A stretch of DNA of 63,661 nucleotides, the filler included. It is 10 parts of 10 records of this genome, joined end to end, with 100 filler letters (N's around TTAATTAATTAA, not from the genome) between each part and the next. Parts side by side here need not be neighbours in the genome. Positions count along the whole stretch, not along the records: positions 29,746 to 35,011 come from SRR31156797_61111; positions 35,112 to 40,645 come from SRR31156797_61117; 8 more parts are not named here. One strand, written 5' to 3'. The notes below the pieces were generated by a model that saw nothing but the letters and a program-made list of their open reading frames with translations, did no database searches and was not told where the DNA came from. The position numbers were made by a program, and so were the translations under genes. This document shows, piece after piece, positions 29,746 through 37,787 of the stretch (its first letter is position 1; every line of letters begins with the position of its first letter).

Positions 29746-30182
29746 ACAAATTCACGTTAATCCGCGATGAGCCAACCATTCATGGTATTTTCAAACTTAG
29801 GCTGGTGGAAGCCAAAAACGGCATCCGGGGACAACCCTTTGAACTCACATGCCTTTCCCCCTTTTTGAACATGGCGGGACATGATTTCCAGAAAATCCCA
29901 AAGCACTTTACTTATCTTTCCGGGTATTTTCAAGGCGATTCTATTCATTACTGAAAAATGTTTTCTGCCGACGGTTTCCACCCTCTCCTTAGGCGGCAGC
30001 CGGGGCTAATTTCCCTGCTTCAAGTCCTATATTTCCACTGATGCTCAGAGGCTTTCATTAAGAAGGCGAGACCACACATGTTGTGGCCCTTTTTTCTTGA
30101 CCGACAATCCGGTTTTTTCTATCGTCGGCATTTAATAATGCAAAATCTTATCATCTCACCTCGCCTGAGAAAAAGGGAGGCG

Positions 30183-31532
30183 TTGCACCCCTTGACAAAA
30201 ACATGTCTTGTTCCGCCGGGGGAATTCAGGATAGCAAAGGGGAATTCGTCCGTGCTGAAAACCCATTTGGGTTCGTGCGTGGGCGTCTCGCTGTTTGACC
30301 GACACGCACAAACCGGCGGCCTGATTCATATCATTCTGCCACAAGGGAGAAAAGAGAGGGAAACCCTTTTCCCCGCCAAGTACGCGACAACCGGCATACC
30401 TTTCCTCCTTTCTGAAATGATAAAACATGGCGCCTCAAAAGAACGCATGGTGGCTGAAATTGCCGGCGGCGCCCTCATGCTGCCAAATCAAAGGCTGAGC
30501 GTGGATTTGAACATAGGGAGAAGAAATACTGAGAAAGCTGAGGAAATATTGGCGCGGGAAGGGATACGCGTTTTGAGGAAGGCCGTCGGAGGGTACCGGG
30601 GAAGGGCCTTCAGCCTCAACCCGGCCAGCGGCAAAACAGATGTCAGATATGCGGGGGAGAACACATCCGGCGATGTTCCGCCCGCAAAACCCAAAAAAAT
30701 GGCGCTGGATGAATTTAAAAAAAGAATCGAATATTTAAAACCGGTTCCCGAAAAGGCCCGGAGGGTCATTTCTTCCATCGAATTTTCTTCCCGGCACAAC
30801 CCTTCGGACCTGGAAAGATACACCTTGAGAGATCAGGCGATTTGTGCAAACGTGCTGAGAATGTGCAACGCCGGGCGTTTCGGCTTCAGGGGGAGAGTAA
30901 CGGGCATATCCCATGCAGCTTCCCTCTTGGGGATTGATGTTCTGAAAGAGATTGTCCTTACCGCGTCCAGATACAGACTTTATGAAAAAACGCCCGACTG
31001 TTATTCCACGGAAGAGGGTGATTTTACGAATCATTCCATCTGTTGCGGGATGACGGCCGAGCTCATCGCCCGTGAAAAGGGACTCGGGGATCCCACCCTA
31101 TTCTTCACCGCAGGGCTCCTTCACGACATGGGGAAGTCCATCCTGGACCAGTATTCATTTTCAAACTTCAATCTCATCATGGACAGGGTCATCAATGAAG
31201 GCAAAACGTTTGTTGAAGCCGAAAATGAAATATACGGCTTCAATCACACGCAGATCGGTGGGATTGCAGCCATGGAATGGGGCTTGCCCCAAGTCCTTGT
31301 GGAAGCGATCTCATTCCACCACGAACCCCAAAAGGCGTTGGACCACTCTGAAATTGTTTCAACGGTCCATATTGCCGATATTGTCTGCTCCATGTTCGGC
31401 GTGGGCGCCGGCCTGTCCGTTCCGGTAGTGCCCCCGCGCCAAATAGCCCTGTCAATCCTTGATTTTAAGCCGGAGGACGTTGAAACAATCATCGATCAGT
31501 TGCCTGACATTATAAGAGAGGTATGTGATTGA
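30183..31532 (+). CDS. CheD (chemoreceptor glutamine deamidase)-HDOD domain fusion
   Basis: CheD motifs LGSCVGV, GGLIHIILP, IAGGA and NIGRRN; HDOD motifs D.AICANVLRMCN, FTAGLLHDMGK, HTQIG and FHHEP; probable TTG start after GGGAGG. Confidence 0.85.
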   Translation: MHPLTKTCLVPPGEFRIAKGNSSVLKTHLGSCVGVSLFDRHAQTGGLIHIILPQGRKERETLFPAKYATTGIPFLLSEMIKHGASKERMVAEIAGGALMLPNQRLSVDLNIGRRNTEKAEEILAREGIRVLRKAVGGYRGRAFSLNPASGKTDVRYAGENTSGDVPPAKPKKMALDEFKKRIEYLKPVPEKARRVISSIEFSSRHNPSDLERYTLRDQAICANVLRMCNAGRFGFRGRVTGISHAASLLGIDVLKEIVLTASRYRLYEKTPDCYSTEEGDFTNHSICCGMTAELIAREKGLGDPTLFFTAGLLHDMGKSILDQYSFSNFNLIMDRVINEGKTFVEAENEIYGFNHTQIGGIAAMEWGLPQVLVEAISFHHEPQKALDHSEIVSTVHIADIVCSMFGVGAGLSVPVVPPRQIALSILDFKPEDVETIIDQLPDIIREVCD

Positions 31533-32378
31533 ATGAAAAACCAGGAGAATGAGTTCAGGTTGATCCTGTCAAGACTGTGCAAAATGTCCGGATTCGACTT
31601 TTCTCAATACAGGGAGGGGACCATCAGGCGGCGATTGGCAAGGAGAATGACGATCACCGGCGCGGTTGATTACCGCGACTATCTGGAGATCCTTGAAAAA
31701 AAGCCTCAAGAATATGGTCATTTGCTGAAATGCCTCACCATAAAGCTGAGCCGCTTCTTTAGAAACCGTTACGTATTTGAAAAACTCCAAGATGACCTAT
31801 TCCCCGATTTGTTAAGGCGCAAAGCGGAGAAAAGAGCAAATGCCCTCAGAATATGGTGCGCGGGGTGCGCTTTCGGAGAAGAGGTCTATTCCGTGGCCAT
31901 AAGCCTTACGGAATATCTGAAGCAAACCGGAGAAAAAATGGGCGATTATGATATTACCATATTCGGCACGGACATCGCTGAAGAGACCCTGGAAAAAGCA
32001 AGGCTTGGCGTTTACGCCGGAGAAGCTCTAAAAGAAGCAAGCCGGGAAATACTGGATAAGTATTTTTGTGTGAAAAATAATCGCTACCAGATAATCGGTT
32101 CCATTAAGTCCCTGGTGAGTTTTACCATCCATGACCTTACGTCAAGGAAATGCATAAGCCCTCCCGCCGGCGTTGTCGCCAACTACGATCTTATCTTATG
32201 CCGCAATACCCTCATATATTTCTCCGCGCCGCTCCAGGAAAGAGTTTTCTCCAACCTTTTCAGGTCCTTGAACCGGGGAGGTTACCTGATCCTGGGAAAA
32301 TCGGAATCCATTCCCAAACACCTGGAAGATCTTTTTGTTCTGGAAAACCGAAAGGAGAGGATATACCAGAGACGATAG
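31533..32378 (+). CDS. cheR: Protein-glutamate O-methyltransferase CheR
   Basis: GFDFSQYR, SRFFRN, RIWCAGCAFGEEVYS and DLILCRNTLIYF motifs. Confidence 0.92.
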   Translation: MKNQENEFRLILSRLCKMSGFDFSQYREGTIRRRLARRMTITGAVDYRDYLEILEKKPQEYGHLLKCLTIKLSRFFRNRYVFEKLQDDLFPDLLRRKAEKRANALRIWCAGCAFGEEVYSVAISLTEYLKQTGEKMGDYDITIFGTDIAEETLEKARLGVYAGEALKEASREILDKYFCVKNNRYQIIGSIKSLVSFTIHDLTSRKCISPPAGVVANYDLILCRNTLIYFSAPLQERVFSNLFRSLNRGGYLILGKSESIPKHLEDLFVLENRKERIYQRR

Positions 32379-32461
32379 ACGCCTCCATTTTTCCGTAAAG
32401 AATCCCGCATTCTCAATCCCGTTGACCCATCAAAAAAACTTCATTAGGTCAGAAAGAACTT

Positions 32462-32497
32462 GACAAAAAGACCGAAAACGTCAAAAACGTCAAAAAC
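32462..32497 (+). repeat. Tandem ~9-bp direct repeats upstream of the HTH-REC gene
   Basis: GACAAAAA / GACCGAAAAC / GTCAAAAAC / GTCAAAAAC. Confidence 0.6.
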
Positions 32498-32554
32498 TTT
32501 ACATTGAATAGATTGCGCCGTTAATCCATAGACGTTTTTAATTAAAGAAAGGAC

Positions 32555-33124
32555 ATGATGGTCTTTATCACCACATCCCAGGCGAGCAGACGGTGCGGGG
32601 TCGCCCGCACCACTCTCATAAAATGGATAGACCAAAGACTGTTGAAGGCATTTGTTACTCCGGGCGGCCACCGCAAAATAGCGGAAGAAGACTTACTCGA
32701 ATTTATGAAAAGGCAGGGGATGGAGCAAAGCCAAAAAAAAGGGCGAAAAAAACGTATCTTGGTGGTGGATGACAATCCCGATGATATCAGACTTTTGGAA
32801 GCGGCCTTCCTGGCAGGGGCCGGCGAATATGAGGTTCATTCGGCCGACAGCGGTTTTCAGGCAATATACAAGATAGGCCTTCTCAAACCCGGCACGGTTA
32901 TTCTCGACCTGGTCATGCCGGACATGGATGGGTTCGAGGTATGTAAACAAATCAAGAACGATCCGGACATGCAAAATATAAAGATAATTGCGGTAACGGC
33001 CTATTCCGACAAAACAAAAGAGGACAAGGCTTACCGGTGCGGGGCGGATGCCTTTTTTCGGAAACCCGTTGACTTAAAAGAGTTGGTGGAGAAGCTGCTG
33101 GAGTTGAGTCGAAGGCTGGAATAG
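32555..33124 (+). CDS. Response regulator with N-terminal excisionase/MerR-like (HTH_17) DNA-binding domain
   Basis: TTSQASRRCGVARTTLIKWID...TPGGHRKI, followed by a REC domain (ILDLVMPDMDG, RKP). Confidence 0.88.
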   Translation: MMVFITTSQASRRCGVARTTLIKWIDQRLLKAFVTPGGHRKIAEEDLLEFMKRQGMEQSQKKGRKKRILVVDDNPDDIRLLEAAFLAGAGEYEVHSADSGFQAIYKIGLLKPGTVILDLVMPDMDGFEVCKQIKNDPDMQNIKIIAVTAYSDKTKEDKAYRCGADAFFRKPVDLKELVEKLLELSRRLE

Positions 33125-33203
33125 CGGCATGGTCGAGCATTCAGCCATATGGAGATTGAATCCGTACGAAGGGGGAGACGTTCAGGTGACACCGGGAAAC
33201 AAA

Positions 33204-35011
33204 ATGAAATTCAGGACAAAGTTAACCTTTCTTTTTCTCATCATAGGGCTGCTTCCCGTAGCGGTCTTGGGCTACCTCAATTATCATGATGCCTGTAAAA
33301 TCCTGGAAAAACAGACCCATAATCAACTGATCTCGCTCAGGGAAAACCGAAAGATCCAAGTCCAGGATTTTTTTCGCTCCCTCAGATTGGATGCGGAAGT
33401 CCTGAGCGACCACCGCCTGTTAAAAGATATGCTGGCAGACTATGCCGGGGCCTATGAAAAGGGCGGCTTTGAAGGAGAAACATTCAAGGCCGTGGATGCG
33501 AGGCGCCACGAGAGATATGCGGCGCTTTGCGAAAGGTATGGCTATGAGGACATGCTTCTTGTCAACAACGGGGGTAAAATCCTCGTAACGGCAAAAAAAG
33601 GCCGGGATTGCAACGCAGACCTGAAAAAAGGCGTTTATTCCAACACCAACCTGGCCGAATGTTTTAAACGCGCCAAAGCAGGCATTGTCATGGTCGATTT
33701 CGACAAATACCCGTCTGACGAAAGACCCGCCGCCTTCATCGGCGCACCCATGATCAGCCGCAAGGAAAGGCCGGGCTTCAATAATGGGGAGATGATGGGG
33801 GCGCTGATCATCCGTATCCCCGTAGATCAGATCAATGCCGTTACGAACAGAACCGAAGGCCTGGGCGAAACCGGCGAGGTGTATCTGTTGGGTCGGGAAC
33901 TGCTCATGAGATCGGATTCGAGGTCTTTGAAAGAAAGTTCCATCCTCAAGAAAGCGGCGAAAGTTCAAGAGGTACTGGAAGGAAAACCGGGCTACCGAAA
34001 AAAAGCGATCGATTACAGGGGGCATCCGGTTTCCCTCGCCTATGCCCCGGCCGGGATAGAGGACTTGGGCTGGTTTATCGTGGCCCAAAAGGATTTTCAC
34101 GAAACCGAGAACCCGCTGCATGGTCTGAGAAGACAGAGCTTCTTGATCGGACTCTTGGTGGCCATGGGGGTGGTGGTTGCAGACGTCCTGTTCGTGGCCG
34201 GCATCACCAGACCGCTGAGAAGGATGAGGAAAGCAACCCATAACATGGCATCCGGCGATTTTGATATTCGCCTTCCGGTTGAAACCAGGGGTGAAATCGG
34301 ATTGTTGTCCGAATCCATCAACCGGATGGCAAGCAGTTTGAAAAAATCGGGCCAGGAGGTCGAGGCCTACAGCCGGTCCCTGGAAGAAAAGGTGAGGCAC
34401 AGAACAGAGGAACTGAATAGGAAGAATCAGGCGCTCGAAAAGAGAAATCATGTGGAAAAGGCCCATAATGAAATCGTCACGGCGCTTAATGCCGACATCG
34501 AAATGGAGCCGCTTATGGGGAACATCATCGGGAATATGGTCAGGCATACCGATTCCCAGCTGGGCGTATTCTATCTTTATGAAGACGAAGCAAGAAATCT
34601 CCGCCCCGTATCGTCTTTTGCCGTAGACAAGGGGGTCCTGGGCGACGGCTTCAAACTCGGGCACGGCGTTCCCGGCCAGGCGGCCTCGGAAAAAAAGCTG
34701 ATTCTGGTTACGGATGTGCCGGAGAGTTATTTCCGGATCTCATCAGGCGCCATGGAGGGGATGCCCAAAAGTGTCATCTGTATGCCGATCCTATTTAAGG
34801 GTCGGCTCATGGGCGTGGTGGAATTGGCCGGTCTCCACGGTTATGACGACTGGACCATTGAGTTCTTGAGTGCGGTCGCCCATCAACTGGGGATCGGCGT
34901 CAATAACGCGCTCACCTATATGCGCTTAGAGGAAATGGCCGGCAAACTGAAAGAAAAAAATGAATTCCTGGCAGCCCAGAACGAGGAGTTGCAGGCGCAG
35001 GGCGAGGAGTT
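33204..35011 (+). CDS. Membrane sensor TM-Cache-TM-HAMP-GAF-coiled coil (3' truncated; probably a kinase)
   Basis: Two TM helices; GLGETGEVYL Cache segment; HAMP (GEIGLLSESINRM); GAF (LGHGVPGQAA); ends in NEELQAQGEE. Confidence 0.8.
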
Positions 35012-35111
35012 NNNNNNNNNNNNNNNNNNNNNNNNNNNNNNNNNNNNNNNNNNNNTTAATTAATTAANNNNNNNNNNNNNNNNNNNNNNNNNNNNNNNNN
35101 NNNNNNNNNNN
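35012..35111. other. Artificial contig spacer
   Basis: N44-TTAATTAATTAA-N44. Confidence 0.99.
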
Positions 35112-35131
35112 GCTCTGCCGCCTTTTAAATT

Positions 35132-35665
35132 ATGACGCGCACACGTTATAGAATATATGAGAATGAAACTCCATACTTCCTCACCGGGACAACAGTTGCC
35201 TGGCTGCCGGTATTTGCCTATCCTCAATTTGCGAACATCATTTTTGATTCCTGACGCTTTCTCCAAGAGCAAAGAGGGGTTCATATCTATGGATATATCG
35301 TCATGGAAAACCATATCCATTGGATTGCATCCGGAAAAGATTTAAAAGAGCAAATAGGAAGGTTTAAGTCATTCACTGCCAGGCAGATAATAGCCGGCCT
35401 TAAAAAAGAAGGCTTTGTAACTATTATAAAGGAACTGCATTATTTCAAACTTCCGCATAAAGGCGAACAGGAACTACAGTTATGGCAGGAGGGAAATCAT
35501 CCTCAGGAAATCCTGAATGAAGGCATGATGAGACAGAAACTGGAATACATCCATCAAAATCCGGTCCGGCGAGGCTATGTGGATAAACCGGAGGATTGGA
35601 GATATTCCAGCGCAAGGAATTATGCAAATGGAGTCGGTTTAATCAATATTGCAGCCCAATGGTAG
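35132..35665 (+). pseudogene. REP-associated tyrosine transposase (RAYT / TnpA-REP) with an in-frame stop
   Basis: MTRTRYRI..PYFLT..WLPVF is in frame with the track ORF at 35303 (HUH motif MENHIH, YIHQNPVRRG, WRYSSA); TGA at 35252-35254 (codon 41). Confidence 0.82.
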
Positions 35666-35669
35666 CTAA

Positions 35670-35722
35670 TCGAGGCAGAGCCTCGAAGACATGGCGTTCC
35701 CAGGCAGGAGCCTGGGAACGAG
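35670..35722. repeat. REP element next to the RAYT
   Basis: Double hairpin CGAGGC-AGA-GCCTCG and CGTTCCCAGGC-AGGA-GCCTGGGAACG. Confidence 0.8.
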
Positions 35723-35777
35723 GATTCAACGAGAGTTGAATGATCAGGGCAAATGCTCAAGGCGCATAAATAGATAC

Positions 35778-35814
35778 ACTCTCGTTCCCGTGCTCTGAGG
35801 CTGGGAACGAGAGT
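35778..35814. repeat. Second REP / collapsed REP pair
   Basis: ACTCTCGTTCCC...GGGAACGAGAGT 12-bp inverted repeat sharing the CTGGGAACGAG end with the first REP. Confidence 0.7.
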
Positions 35815-35946
35815 TCAATCCCATTTCAACAAATTTTTCCTTTTTAATCTATTCTTAATTTATTGATCAATTTCAAACGTTTAACTTAATCGGTCATCTT
35901 TTTCTACAAATCCTCGCAAACCTGCCGCAAAGTCTTCATGGTCATG

Positions 35947-35975
35947 TTGTTGGAAATTCCCCTTTGGCTTATACT
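35947..35975 (+). promoter_or_regulatory. Candidate sigma70 promoter of the HMA-glgA operon
   Basis: TTGTTG-N17-TATACT. Confidence 0.45.
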
Positions 35976-36049
35976 ATTTTAAAAATACAGTCCGTCCCCT
36001 GCACTTTTTGGGGCAAGGCCTGTGTGGGAAGCAAAGCGGGTATAATAAA

Positions 36050-36328
36050 ATGAAGGAACTGCTTTTCCGGGTAAACGGCATGGAGCTGCACGGCGGCATG
36101 ACCTGACTCGGTTGACCCCTGGGCATCAGGAAGGCCCTGGTCAGGGCCGAAGGAATTAAATAGGTTGAATACGATCAGGATACAGGCGTTTTCCGAGCCT
36201 GCTTTGAACGGGATAAGTTAAGCCACGAAGATATCGCGGGTATAGTGCGAGCACATGGGATACGCCTTCATCGCCCTTACGACCCGGTTATTTTAAAGAT
36301 CAACTCTACCAAGGATGTGAAAAAGTGA
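36050..36328 (+). CDS. Heavy-metal-associated (HMA/CopZ/MerP-like) protein, candidate selenoprotein with UxxU and an internal TAG; not in the ORF track
   Basis: Manual translation MKELLFRVNGMELHGGMT*LG*PLGIRKALVRAEGIK*VEYDQDTGVFRACFERDKLSHEDIAGIVRAHG...; TGA at 36104 and 36113 sit at both Cys positions of GMTCxxC; TAG at 36161; final TGA overlaps the glgA GTG. Confidence 0.72.
36133..36148 (+). promoter_or_regulatory. Candidate bacterial SECIS element
   Basis: GGCCCT-GGTC-AGGGCC hairpin whose GG-starting apical loop is 32 and 23 nt after the two UGA codons. Confidence 0.65.
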
Positions 36329-37785
36329 ATTCCGATTCTCTATCTGTATTGGTTGTGGCGCCTGAAGTCGCCCCCCTGGCCCAGACGGGCGGCCTGGGAG
36401 AAGTAGCCGGCAGCCTCCCTTTAGCGCTCAAGGCTCTTGGATGCGATGTGGCCGTTTGCATGCCCGCTTACCGTTGCGTTCTGGAAAGGCTTAACGGTTA
36501 TGACGTCCTGGTCGAGGACCTGCCGGTTAGACTAGGTCCTACACATTTGTCGGCTGAAGTATTGATCAGCGAGTTGGCCCCTGGAATTCCCTTATATCTT
36601 ATCAGGCGCGACGAGTTTTACGACCGCAGCGAGTTGTACAATGGTCACCAGGGAGAATATTTTGACAACCCGGAAAGGTATATATTTTTCTCAAGAAGCA
36701 TCCCGCCTCTTTGCCCGAGCGTAGGTTTTACGCCTGACATTATTTTGGGAAACGACTGGCAGGCAGGCCTGGTCATGGCCTTGCTGGACCTGGGGGCTTT
36801 ACCGAAATCAGCCGGGATTCAGGCTGTTCACAACCAGGGCTATTTAGGCTTGGTCCCTCCCGAACGGACGGTGAATATAGGATTGCCCGACCGGTATTAC
36901 GGTATGGACGGCCTGGAGTATTACGGCCAAATGAGTCTGCTCAAAGCCGGCATTGTATACGCTTCCGCGGTAACCACGGTCAGCCCGACCTATGCCCGCG
37001 AAGTTCAAACCCCGGAAGGCGGACACGGCCTGGATGGAGTTATGCGCGCCATCAGCCATAGACTTTACGGCATCCTTAACGGCGTGAACTACGAGGTCTG
37101 GAATCCGGAGACCGACGAGAACATAAGGGCCAATTATTCAGCAAGCGACCTGTCCGGCAAGTCTCTGTGCAAAACCGGATTGCTGGATGAGTTCGGTTTG
37201 CCGTCCTCGGACGACAGGCCTTTACTGGGAATGGTCAGCCGTTTGACTGCTCAAAAGGGGGTCAACATACTTGCCGAATCGTTGGAAGAAATTTTCGCAA
37301 TGAATGCGGATGTCGTTATATTGGGCTCCGGCGACATGCATCATGAAAATCTGATAACAGGGCTTCAATCAAGGTTTCCTGAACAACTGGGTTTGAAGCT
37401 TGGTTACGATGCGCCATTGGCCCACAAAATAATAAGCGGCTGTGACATACTTTTAATGCCTTCCATGTATGAACCTTGCGGCCTGGCCCAGATGTACGGA
37501 CTCAAATACGGGACAACGCCCCTGGTCCGCTCCACCGGAGGACTGAACGACACGGTATCGGACGGTGGAAACGAACCTGAAAACGGAACAGGGTTCAAAT
37601 TCAACGCCTTCCAGTCGCGCGCCCTGGTGCGCGCCGTCAAAAGAGCGGTGGAAGCGTTTCACAACAAGGACAATTGGCAGGCCATGATGATCAGGGGAAT
37701 GGAACAGGACTTTTCCTGGGACCGTTCGGCCCGGGAGTATATTTCCGTTTTTGAAAAAGCTCTTGAAACCAGGAGAAACAGGTAA
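36325..37785 (+). CDS. glgA: Glycogen synthase
   Basis: EVAPLAQTGGLGEV, NDWQ, GILNGV and MPSMYEPCGLAQMY motifs. Confidence 0.92.
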   Translation: MNSDSLSVLVVAPEVAPLAQTGGLGEVAGSLPLALKALGCDVAVCMPAYRCVLERLNGYDVLVEDLPVRLGPTHLSAEVLISELAPGIPLYLIRRDEFYDRSELYNGHQGEYFDNPERYIFFSRSIPPLCPSVGFTPDIILGNDWQAGLVMALLDLGALPKSAGIQAVHNQGYLGLVPPERTVNIGLPDRYYGMDGLEYYGQMSLLKAGIVYASAVTTVSPTYAREVQTPEGGHGLDGVMRAISHRLYGILNGVNYEVWNPETDENIRANYSASDLSGKSLCKTGLLDEFGLPSSDDRPLLGMVSRLTAQKGVNILAESLEEIFAMNADVVILGSGDMHHENLITGLQSRFPEQLGLKLGYDAPLAHKIISGCDILLMPSMYEPCGLAQMYGLKYGTTPLVRSTGGLNDTVSDGGNEPENGTGFKFNAFQSRALVRAVKRAVEAFHNKDNWQAMMIRGMEQDFSWDRSAREYISVFEKALETRRNR

Positions 37786-37787
37786 AA

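Noticed and set aside
29757-29981. 74-aa minus-strand ORF at the start of contig 5
   Set aside because: It has no recognisable motif, and I cannot tell it from a chance ORF or a gene remnant.
35252-35254. RAYT internal TGA as selenocysteine or an alternative genetic code
   Set aside because: It is not in a Cys motif and has no convincing SECIS. TGA ends the GH57 gene on the same contig, so a nonsense mutation or error is simpler.
36041-36046. TATAAT just before the HMA ATG as its promoter
   Set aside because: It is only 3 nt from the ATG, too close for a transcript that includes the start codon, and has no matching -35. The 35947-35975 site fits better.
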